This document shows, piece after piece, positions 39,593 to 51,241 of a stretch of DNA of 64,000 nucleotides. The notes under the pieces were generated by a model, which did no database searches, was not told the origin of the DNA, and saw only the letters and a list, made by a program, of their open reading frames with translations. Position numbers and translations under genes: made by a program. The stretch lies in contig CAJFCJ010000008.1 in assembly GCA_904063045.1 (NCBI GenBank), forward strand, positions 1,488,001 through 1,552,000. Direction: 5' to 3'. This stretch comes from Dimorphilus gyrociliatus (lineage: Eukaryota > Animalia > Annelida). Within the stretch, counting starts at the first letter, position 1. Every line of letters starts with the position of its first letter.

Positions 39593-41711
39593 TTCTTTTT
39601 ATCAGATAGTATTGAAAATACATATAAATGGAACATAAAAAGTTGGAATGTATAATTTTATCTTTAGAAAAGAGATAATTATATTTTTATACTAAATTTC
39701 TAACAATCTTCAAAAATTTAAAAAACAAGAAAAACAGATAAATTGGAAAAATTGGTATTTTCCTAATTGAGTTGCGATAAAAGACTTTGCCCTCAAGCTT
39801 TACGATTATATTTAGATGGTGTTTGTCTGATTCAGGTCTGCTGTAAATTTTGAAAATAGAGTTCTTTGTTTGATATAAAATAGAGGTAGATAGTTACAGC
39901 ATTAAAGTTTACAATTACTCCGCAATTCGGTAATAGATTTTTTTTGAGTCTTGTTGTTTCAACTTTATATGTGGAATGTATTGATCAGTAGAGGAATATT
40001 TTCACCAAAGAGAGAAAGGAAACAAGCGGTGAGGTAGAGAATTGTAAATTTAAAGAATACATATTTAATTCGTCTTCCTTGTTTTGCTATACAAACTTTT
40101 TAATATTTTGTTTTTAGGTACAGAATCTTTTGAAAGGTACTGAGAGCTAAAGCTTATTACATGATCACATGAGAAAATTTAACTTGTCATATTATTCCTC
40201 CTGTATATTTTATATAATTGTCTTCACGTCAACTCTTTGTTATAAAACGACTAATTTGAGTGAATTCAATAATGTAAATTCTATATACAGTATATCAACT
40301 ATTATATTTTTGGCAAGTTAAAGATACTTCGTACTTACGAGGAGATATTGCAAAATAATCAACAGACGTTTATTACAAAATGAGATCAAATTATACGGAT
40401 GCTCTATACACTAAGGTTTGTATGAACAAGGAAGAAAACAGTTGCTGCTAATGACTTGAACCTTTTTATTGAAGTATAATAGCCTATTTTCAATTCTGAA
40501 ATATAAAATACATGAAAAATTATAGAAAATACTTATTTATATAACTATTGATACCGTGCAAGAGCCTTCAAATGATTATCATTTGGATAGTTTATGATGG
40601 ACTTGAGAAAGCTTTAAACTAAAGCATTTAGTCGCTTAACTAATCTAGGAGTATATAATAATATTTATAATTTATAACTTATTCTCTGTCAAATTAATTT
40701 GATTAGGTAAGTGACCATTTATTAACGAATTAGAGTATTCTTCTAGAAATTACTAGAAACTGACGATAAAATTGGAAATATCAACAAAAAAAAGAGTTTC
40801 ACAAAATTTCTTCCGTAAAAGTTTTCACATTTCACTAACATATTTTAGAATCATCATTGAATTTTCTTTCTATTTAATAACTAAAAAAGATATCTCAAAA
40901 ATTTTATTAATTTAAGACTTGCTATTAGTTGCTTATGATTTATTTGCTTTGATATAGCATTAATCATATATACGGTGTACAATTTTGAGCCTAATGTCAC
41001 TTGTTATTGGTAATATACAAATTGTTAAAATATTGTTGTTTAAATTAAAGAAAAAAGTCATATGATTTTAAAACAGATGGTGCTGGATTGTAGTTGTCAA
41101 TAATTATCTCGATAAGACAAAAATTACAAGGGCACTAACTTGAAAAATTTAATGAATTTCAATTTGTTATGAGTTGCTTGAATGAATAAAGAAATTTTCA
41201 ACTTCGCGCGAATTTAAGAAATTCTTAAAGTGAGCTTTAAACGTACATATATTATATATATTTTGAAGCCAATCCTAGCTTCAAAATCGAATAATAGAAA
41301 AATATAGGACCAAGAAAGATAAGTATGAATGTAATATTTTCAGATAGAGAGAATGAGAAATTGAAAAGAAATAAATGAAAGTTAGGTTTATTTTGTTTTT
41401 ATACTATCCGAAAAAAAAAGAAAACGTACGTTTTTACAATTTTAGATCTTCAATAGGAGTCAAAAAACAATGCCAAACATAATCTAACAATTATGTCCTG
41501 CAAATAGACAAACAACAATGACTATTTGCATGCTATAATCAGGAAGAAATCAAACATAAACCGAACATTTTTTGTTTCTCTTCTTTTTTATTAGCTTTAA
41601 AAGGCTTAAACGAATTCACTGTACTTTTTCTTCAACAACACCAGTTGTTTTAAATGGCTATGCAATTAAGTAAACACAGTTGATTAGATTTAATTACAAA
41701 AATTTTCATAC

Positions 41712-42395
41712 TTGTTCCAGTATCTAGATGGGTACCCATAGCAGTCCATGAATCCACTTGTCTGTTGCTTAAAGAACTAATAAATTAGCAACGCATCCAT
41801 GAGGATATCACGTTGAAGCATTTTGGTACGCAAATTTTGATCATTGTACCAGCAACAAGTATTTCTCTCAAATTTCTCAAAAGAACCAGTGTCAATGGTT
41901 TCAGTTACTTAAATTGAGAAAAGATGTGAGTATATGTTATAATTTATTCATTTAACAACCTTACATCTTTGTGTGATCCATGTGATCTTGTTTTAATAAG
42001 GGCCTTAGTTAATCCCTTTGTAACTTTAACTTCAATTTTAACTCTGTACATTCCAGCACTTTTAAATTTGACAAATAACTGGAATATATTTCATCGTCTT
42101 CTAAAAGGTATTAAAATGGTGATTTCTCTCAAATAGGTCATATTGTTTGTTGCAGTGAATAAAATTTTTGAAGCCCCGTCAAAATAATACTATTTAAAAA
42201 GAAATCGAAAGCCTTATAGCACGAAGAAATGATAGTCTATTGTATTAAACATCTCTTGGTAAGGTATAAGCTGTAGTCCATTATTAATACTGTGATCTTC
42301 ATTCAGTCTTTGATCAACTGCCACTAATAAACCTTCATAATCGTTATTTATCAATCGAACTTTGTTGACACATCTCACAGTGTTGGCATCAGATA
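41712..42395 (-). pseudogene. CLCA: CLCA-family pseudogene copy 2, internally truncated and frameshifted
   Basis: VRLINNDYEGLLVAVD; GASKILFTATNN..REITILIP; then directly EDDEIYSSY/VKFKSAGMYRVKIEV; FERNT; FnIII-start SWTAMGTHLDTGT. Several frameshifts. Confidence 0.75.
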
Positions 42396-44296
42396 AATAG
42401 CAAAGTTAAAAGTTGTTGATACCAAAGATCGAGGAGAAAAATAATTTAAAACTATGTCATATTGTAGCAAAGTTTTTTCCTTAACTAGAACTCGTCTATC
42501 TCCTCTACCTAAGTATATTCTCTCATACAAAATTCGCTATCTACTTGATCGATAAGCAAGCTGATCAAAAGGGCTAAACTTTTGACGTATTTATAATATT
42601 TTATAAATCTTAAACGATTTAATATCTGAACACCAAACAGGCTAAAGTATAATAAATATTACAAAATATTTTGAAAGAAACATGAACAAATTCTGTTTTG
42701 TTGAAGAAATTTTAAATTTCTTTGTTTATCGATAGTCTACAAATTTCAATTATTTTTATATTTTTATCTCTTCTGCTTAATGAAGTAAAGCATGTAAACG
42801 AAGGCCAAAGATAAAATTTAGGTAACATGTACGAATATGATATATGTAAAATGCACTGTATGCACTAGTGTACTTGTATGTTATGCTCCCTCATTATAAA
42901 TAGACTTAGTTGTTAATGAAATTTTCGAAGATTTATAACTGAAATTCTTCAAGTGCTTAGCTATCAAAACTTTCTAGCTATTGTACTAGAAGAAGGAAAA
43001 AACAGCTATAAACAATTAGAAATTTTCCTACTATAATACACTCTAATTTAAAAATAGATTTTTGCTATAGAATATTATTAAAACAATGTATAATTATTAA
43101 AATAAAATATATTTTAAAGCAATATGCATTTTATTCTTTTTTTTAGCTGAATGATTTAGAGATATGTAATAGGTCCTTAATATATTTATTTTAATATAAT
43201 TAGTTTCTTTTCCATCTTACTTTATATTTTTTAAAATAGTTTAATACTGATTGGAATTGCTGTAGCAGAATTAATGCCTTGAATAAGTTAAATTATATAT
43301 AAAATTAAATATTAGTATATAACAGACACTGTGTATACTTTTATATTCATACATTTCGTTGGAACAGTTTATTATACAAATAGTATTTGTATACAGTATA
43401 TCAACTATGTATACTGTATATACAGTATATATAAATGAAAATTTTATTTGAATCTCTCTAACCGATTTCTTATAAGACTATCTAACAATCTATTCAGCCT
43501 CCAAAGAGCAACTGTGTTGTATTAGGAGCTATAACAATGTATTCAAAATATCTTTACGATAAGAATGTTTGTTTTAACTGGGTTTGAAGAATTTGTTTAT
43601 CCAAAGGCTCGAATTGTCTTCTTTATACGAAAATATCTAGTGAAATTCTCGAGATACAATATAATATTTAGAATAAATTTTTTAATTGATAAAAGCATAC
43701 ATCTAAGACTACTTCTTTTGTTTATAATGTCGGCTACCAAAAAAACAGAAACTAGGATTTTTAGTCTACAAGAGGCAATTCATTTGGATCTCTTTTGTTT
43801 TTTTTGCCTATATGTCGTAATCAAGTTAATATGTAATAAATATAGCTAAATTACATATAGGTTATAGTTAAAAAAAATATCGCGCTTCATTAAAAATCAA
43901 AAAGAGTACTATTTAATTAAAAAAAGAAACAGTATTCATAGACTATTCATGAGTATCAAATACTTTTCTTTGATTTTACATCAAAAAAGATAAAAAATAG
44001 CACTTACCTTTAAAGGATTATGAATATCCTGTTTTTTTATGTTTAAGTATAAAGATTTTCTCATTGCAAACTTAATACAGCTTTAGTAACATCTTCCATC
44101 ACAATATGTTTCAATAGTATCATGTAATTTACAGTGTATATTACTGAGCTATACAAAATAAGCATAATTTTTTTTGTTTTTTTATATAAGCATTTTATCT
44201 AAAAGTAGGTTAGGCCTACAGTTTGGCCAAACACAATTTGGCCCGTTTGCCTGCATCCTCTTTAAATTTCTCCAGTCAGACGAGTAAATTCCAACA

Positions 44297-46419
44297 ATGC
44301 ATTGTAAAAGTAAGCTTTCGATTATATCTCTTTTCATAAATATATTATGTAAGTATTTTACGGATATTAAAGTTTCTTAATAATGAATTATGTGATAAAG
44401 AATGGGTTGATTTTTAAGTGGCCAACGCCCAGTACCAAGCAGTCATAAATCATAAAGAGTGTCGAGGACGAAAGTTTTACAAAGCAGCTGTGTTGACGAA
44501 AGTTTCAGACTGCGGTGTATTAGGAGGCTCTTCTACAATCTCAACCAATAAATACGTGGCGGCACCATGCTTCCTAAAATGGTGTCAGACGGAAAATCAT
44601 GGTTTAGTTGAAGCTAGTGATATACTATGTAAGGATGAAGCCATTGTTCATATTATAATACGAACGAGTGTAAAAGAGTGTTCAGAATTTCATGGACACT
44701 ACCAAACACCTGGTTTAGAACAAGACGATTATACAGATTGTGCCTTCAAATTTTGCCATTCACGTTCAATGAATGAGAGTAATATTTGGACAAAATATGT
44801 AGTATTGCAGCCAGTTGGTAAATGCCTCGGTCGTCATTTGAAAATAACTCTTCTAACATCGTCCTCAGGTTGTAAGAATCTGGAAGGAATAGTATCGAAA
44901 AAATCTAACAAACGCTACGAAAATTGTCAAATGAGTTTCTGCTACATAGAGCCAAGTATGATCGTTCTTATTTGCATTTTTTTCAAATATTATTAATTAT
45001 GTATTTAAAATAGTAAAAGCTATATATATATTCAGATATTTCATACTTTTTATAACATAAATAGATAAAATTTAGTTATTCTTTTATTAAATATATATTA
45101 GATATTATCTAAGTTTTTATTCACTCAGATATCAACAAGCCAGAAAGTTTGATATTTGATTCATACCCTTTGGAAATAAAGAGAACCGTCATTGGTTTCG
45201 AGGCAGCTAAAAATACATGTTCCCTACATCATTATAACAATATTAGTTCTTTTTTCATTTTTAATCATATAATTCTATATTTATCAATTTTTCTTTTATA
45301 GGCTATGAACTTTTGTCTGTCAACCACTTGAAATCGTCTGCGAATTTTCAAATTAAGTTGAATTCATTTTTGAAACGAAATAAGATATTCGGAAACTTTT
45401 GGCTCAATTATGAAAATGATATAGAGCGGAGCTTATTAAAGAATTTATCATGGAATCTAAACGGTAAAATATTCTGATATTTGCTTATATATTTATGACA
45501 TTATATTTAAATATCAATGATTGATGAAGCTACTAAAAGGACACTTACTCTCAACGTTGTTACAAATTTGTCGATTAATTCCTTGTAAAAAGCGAATTAA
45601 CGACATATTTTAGTCTTTAATTTCAAGCGAAATCTGTTTTAGTTTTTGACATAGAAAATAACGAAAACAAAACCACACTCTCTCTCTTTTGTATAGAAAT
45701 GTGTTGAACGTGTGTATAGAATGTAGATATGTTTATATTTTTTCTGTTTACTCTGTATTGGACTTTTTCAAAGCTAAACAGAGTCAGTAATTAATATTTT
45801 TCGTTGGAGATGTATTTTTTAATATATTTCTTGTTCATTAAATTCTTTTGCCCTTAGATAGTCAAGGATGCTTCTCCTTCAGAAGACAACCTCATTTTAA
45901 AGATTTTAAAATACGAAAAATTGATTGCTACGAAGCAGGAGATGTTATTTGTCTATTTCACAATGTATCTAGGCCCGGTAAATTTGAAATCTTAGTAAAA
46001 ATAGAAAAACTTCTTTGTCTCGTTTAAATAAGTGAATAAGAAGAGACATATTGTTACAGATGGCATTTCCAGTAACCTTTCAACAATAATAATTGCTTGT
46101 TCTGTTGGAATTTTTACTCTTATACTTCTAGCCTTATTTGTGCTCGTACTAAGGTACCATTTTTAAAAATCTAAACTATAACTTTTTATTAAGCTATTGC
46201 ATAACTATTATTAAATAAGCGCAAATTACAAACAGGAAAAAAGATCACTTATCACGATTGAGAACAAGAATAAGATGGTTCTTTACAGAAATTTTTACGA
46301 TAAATAGATTTCGTTCATCTTCATCTGAATTAATTACTTCTGAAGTAACAAACGAAGATATAGATCCAGATCATAGTGTTAGAGCCTATATGGTAACAGG
46401 GAAAATAGAATTTAAATAA
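44297..46419 (+). CDS. Single-pass membrane protein: three 4-Cys repeats + C-type lectin-like domain + TM + cytoplasmic tail. Exons 44297?-44309, 44419-44955, 45129-45245 (or 45218), 45302-45463, 45858-45977, 46060-46153, 46236-46419
   Basis: Phases match throughout. FEAAKNTC..LLSV, FWLN, GCFSF..IDC..VIC give a CTLD pattern. TM segment IIIACSVGIFTLILLALFVLVL. Start codon and signal peptide are uncertain. Confidence 0.7.
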
Positions 46420-47411
46420 AGACGGTCAATTCTAGTAAAAATGAAACCCATGTACAGTTCAGTAATTTTATTTACAAATACTATTTAATACAAACAGTAT
46501 AACTAATTATCAATTACTACTGTTTTTATTGACTATATTAAATTATTAATAACAATTTACGCCCTCATCTATCACTTTTTTTTAAATTAGTGTCTACAAT
46601 AGTATTATATATTACAATATCCTTTAAATGATTATTCTAATTCAACTTAGCATTAGCTACGTAAATAATAAAGTATTACTTCGATTGATAAGGTTTTTTC
46701 TGTAATTTATTTAAGACGCTCGGGTTCATTTAGCAAAATTAGCAATTTCATACTAAAATTAGAAATATACAGTGTCTATTTCCCATAAACCAAATCAATT
46801 AAGTATACAACTTAAGTCTGATAAGCTAAAACTTCTAATCTTATTTCCTTTCCTGTTTTTTATATTTTGAATGAAATATTAGTATCAATATCGATAGTGT
46901 CATTGTAAGATTTCCCAAGATAGTAATCTAGATATAAAGGAAACTATTTGTAATTATTAACGTTTTGAAATAAATTAAATTTGATTATTCTCTCTTTTAA
47001 TTCAGTGAAAATTTGTTTGTGCACTAAAACAGTTGATTTTCTTTCTTATTTATAACTCTCCATTAATAATTTGCTATGAATTATTTATATTTTAGCAAAA
47101 TATTTCGTTTGCATCTATTTAGACTTTTACCCTTCTGTCTAAATGCCGTTGTGATAAACAATATTAAGTGCTTACTTCTGTATGGTAGCTCTGTTTGAAG
47201 CTTATATCCCAAAAGTCGGGTGACCTGATCCACTCGTTTTGTTATGCTATGTTTTGTTATTTTTATTAGAAAGTATTTATTTTTACCAGTTTAATCAGTA
47301 ATTAACCTTGACATTGACTGTTGTTGCTGGATTTTTTATACTTTAGTACCATGTGCAGTGTTCGCCATTTTATGACTTGTTTGAAAACTTTCAAAAGCTG
47401 AGAATAGCCCG

Positions 47412-48270
47412 ATGACCACTAAAAAGTCATATATAGATAATTTTCTTGATTACCCTCAGGATGTTGATCAACTTGAAGATTCTGAAAGTACAATAAAAGA
47501 GCAGAAAAACTGTGATCTAATATATTTTATGGACAATATTAAGAAATCAAATGAACTCTTTGACTTGACTGCCATTAATATACCGAAAAAATCAAGTTTT
47601 GATTATCTTGTAAGATAAGGAAATGCAAATTATTACAACTTTACATATTTGAAAATTAATGTATTTTTTAATTCCTATAGAAAAAAATGCAACACAAATC
47701 AAGAGAACTCAATTTATCAACAGCAAACCAATTTCGTGTTAGAGGTAGAGGCTGCCCACTGGAAAGTTCAATATTTAACGAAAACCATAGAAAATTACGG
47801 GAAGCCTATAAACCTGTAGTATAAAAGGCTACAAATTCTTATTATTTCTTTAAAAATAACAATTTATAAAAAACTTTTAGACACAAAAATACCACTTCCA
47901 TGAAAAGAGTGTCACAGAACAACTTTCAGATGTGCCAAAAGATATTTTAAATATGGAAATAACCATTGAAAATATTCCGGAAAAAGGCAAAGAAACATTC
48001 GAAAAGTCATTGAAACACTTTATTAACGATATAACTGACTTGAAATTTAAGAAAGTTCTTGGTAGTTTAACTGCAACAATGGCATGTCAAAAAGAAACTT
48101 ATCACCGGATTTATAAAGCCTTTAATAATAAATTTATACCAGGTAAACAACCTCATTTGCATATATTCCGAATATTTAGTAAATAGAATTTGCCTTCTAT
48201 ATTCATAATAGGATATGAAAAGGCTAGGTCACCAACGACGGTTTGGTCCAAGAAACTAAACGACTACTAA
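47412..48270 (+). CDS. Uncharacterised soluble protein (217 aa). Exons 47412-47609, 47681-47815, 47881-48142, 48212-48270
   Basis: Four GT-AG exons join in frame from ATG to stop. No motif recognised. Confidence 0.6.
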
Positions 48271-48509
48271 TTAATATAAATGTGTCTGTGTATAAGATAA
48301 ATACAATTTATTCATAGATACTTTGCATTATGTAAAAAAATATTATTTATAGAACTTTTCGCATTAAAATGATTTATTTTCTACATTCTAACATAAAAAG
48401 TCTAGGCAATACTTTTTCCTTTGTTTAAAATAAATGGAAATTTCTAAAATTTATACAATTCCAATCTTCAAAATATAGGAAATTCTTGTTTTCCTATTGG
48501 TGGAATAAA

Positions 48510-50150
48510 ATACAATTTTCACTCTTAGGTCATATAACAATAACACTTCCAAGAAATTATTTGATGAAACAAAAGAGATAGGAACTTTATATTATGCCAA
48601 AAGTCATCAAGGCCAAAAGCTGAAAGACTTAAATGTCAGGGACGCATGAGAGAATTTTTTTACCACATATGAATTTAATAATTGTAATGCTTCTTGCCAT
48701 GATAAATGAACTCTTTTTAATAGGAACTTAACATAGGAGCTTACTGAGTGTATTGCCTTCATAGAATTTGCAATTTCCTTTACCCAAGGATTTGTTTTTT
48801 GAGAGTAAATTTTGTGATAATACCTATTTTCAGGAACAGCCATAGCGACTAATAGTGATGCATACCCCCTTACCTAAATATTTGACATTTCCATGAAGAA
48901 TAGTATATAAAGTGTCAAAAAAATTTGCTATGATAAGCTTGCGAGAATTAAAATGAAAAGATTGATTAATATGTCCGAACCTGAAAGGACACTAATGACT
49001 AATATAATTTAGGTGATAGTAAACTAATTAATTAGTGGAAGCCTACAATACAGCGTAAAACGTAAACGACAAAAGTATTGGATACAGATTTAATCTGTTA
49101 TTCCAATAGGTAGACTGTTTTACTTTCTATGATAGAAGCTGTTCTCCTCATACACTATATAGCATATCTTTCAAAATATTTCCTAGCTTATTTCAAAATT
49201 TAATAATTGTCTTGTTAATCCATTTTCAAAAGGTGATTTTGAGTTTGCCAATCAACTTTTAATACTGCATAAAGAAGTTGTTTGATTCGATGTAAATATT
49301 TCCCACGATTTTCCAATTCGAGACTACATTTATATACTGTATACTGTAACAAATTCGCTCTCTCTTTATTAAATTTTTCTGTCAGCTTATTACCCTTTTA
49401 ATATCTTATGACGTTTAATAGGAAAATAACGCCGAATTTAGATATGGAAAAACAAGGCCTGTTTTAAAAGGTCACAGTCTTCGTTAACCTTTATTTTTGC
49501 GAATACTACAATATTTTTGAAAAGCAAAAAAGGCTCTTAAATTATAGAAGTTCAAAATGGTATTCTGAAGATAGATTGGTATTGCTACACCGTGTTTGAA
49601 TAAATAATCAACGAGTGCTCATTTTACTGTTAAATTTCGTGATTTATTTAAGAAGTACACATGCTCATATCCATCTATGAATTGTACATTTTAAAGCTTT
49701 ATAATAGCTCTAAATAGTATTTTATCGAAATTAAAAAAGAATATGCTAGAAAGCTGCAGAATGTTCGATTTTTCCTTTTAGCTCCTCACGTTCATCATTT
49801 CTTTCAATTAACAATTTTAAAAGATGATGAGAAGAAAAATGATGTGTACGAAGTGAGGAGGTAACTTAAACTATCAGGTTTTCAGATAAAACAGTCCACA
49901 TGTCACAACATATATGATTCATCTATTGTTAACATGAAATTACTGGTGATGTACTCGGAAAGTTTCGCCCTTTTCAGTGCATTATAATTATATATATCAC
50001 ACTTTTTTTATTTGGAAAAAAGTATACAATATTATGTTTATAGCTGAAAAAATTATATCTGCTACAATAAATCATATTTCTTTTAAGTATGAAAGTATAG
50101 GATAGTAATAGATTGTTTCGTCAATAGGATTCTTTACCCCTTGCTGACTA
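48510..50150 (-). pseudogene. Probable decayed ionotropic glutamate receptor/IR-like gene
   Basis: Fragments in the expected order: PILSYLKEI*FIVADIIFSAINIILYTF (M1-like, W-to-stop), NSRKLIIANFF..HGNVKYL (M3-like), YYHKIYS..NPWVKE..SSFIM..C (S2-like). Multiple stops. Similarity is weak and by eye. Confidence 0.3.
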
Positions 50151-50979
50151 AATAACAATAAATCAACTTTAATATAGATCAAGTTTATCCGAAGGCAGTC
50201 GGAAATACAGAAAAATACATATATCTTAAGCTCTAACCTCATATCTATATAGAATATATGACAGGTTTTTGGAATGAAAAATTTATTAAGATCTTTATTC
50301 TTTAATAAAAACAAAATATAAATACAAGTTACTATTTTGCAAAGCACTATTTAATGTTTGCTATTTATTGCCCTTTTATAGAATATTCCATTTCCAAGAT
50401 GTCTAATTCCTGCCACATTTGCCTAAAGGTTTACCTTGGAAAGGAAAAAAAATTTCCCGTCTTTTATTGAGATTAATGACAAATTTATGTCACTATCTAA
50501 TGCAGTAATACGGAACACGATGTAATGTCCTTGAACTAAGTGGGTATGGAATAATAGTGTAATAATTATAGGCATTTGTAAATAAACTCTTTTACTCTAT
50601 TTAAAATCAATACTTCCCAGGGTAAACTCTCATATTCTCTAGTCTTTTCCTAAACTATTATTTAATACCTAAAACTACAAATAAGGTGGATTTACTCGAT
50701 GACCTTTCTCTTTTTAATTGCAAAATCGTTTCGTTTCGCTTTCAACCGCATGATCTGGATACTCCTAAAAGGGCAAACTGACATAGTTAATGTGTCACTT
50801 CTCTTCGGTTTAGCTTTTGCCACGCATGTCGCATTACATCTGGCCTCTTGAAGAAGCCTCCAGTTAAGACAGCAACGGAAAGCTATTCTAAAAAAAAGTC
50901 CACTTGTTCTTTTATCGAGCAATTTATTTTAAATACATCTCCTATTGCTGTCTGTATTTTCATGATACACGCAAGGACG

Positions 50980-51241
50980 GTAGAGTTTCAAGAACAAGAT
51001 ATCTAAATGTTGCGTAACGATATAGTTCCTGCTTGTCCGAAAAGTCACGCCTATAAAAATCTACTTTAATAGCTAAGAAACAGCGAAGCGTCGACAGCGT
51101 CACCACTCAGTGCATAATGCTAATGCCGTTCACAAACATGGCAGCGTTGTAAAACGCCGCAATATTGCAGTTGTTTTCGAACAACTGCATTATTTTGATT
51201 ATAATTAGCTAGTTTTTTCCGTTTAAAAGCTTCTCTTCAGT
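50980..51241 (+). promoter_or_regulatory. Locally GC/CpG-richer promoter/5'UTR of SYT17 with a YY1-like motif
   Basis: CpG-rich stretch in an AT-rich context; aaacatggcagc at 51134-51145. Confidence 0.3.

Noticed and set aside
40310-40620. Coding-like stretch with scattered stops
   Set aside because: No family assignable in any frame, including the CLCA VWA domain.
44205-44265. IWPVCLHP, resembling the trypsin PVCLP motif
   Set aside because: Flanked by stops, with no other protease motifs nearby.
50692-50922. 76-aa basic ORF upstream of SYT17
   Set aside because: Non-ATG start, no motif, lies in the GC-richer promoter zone.
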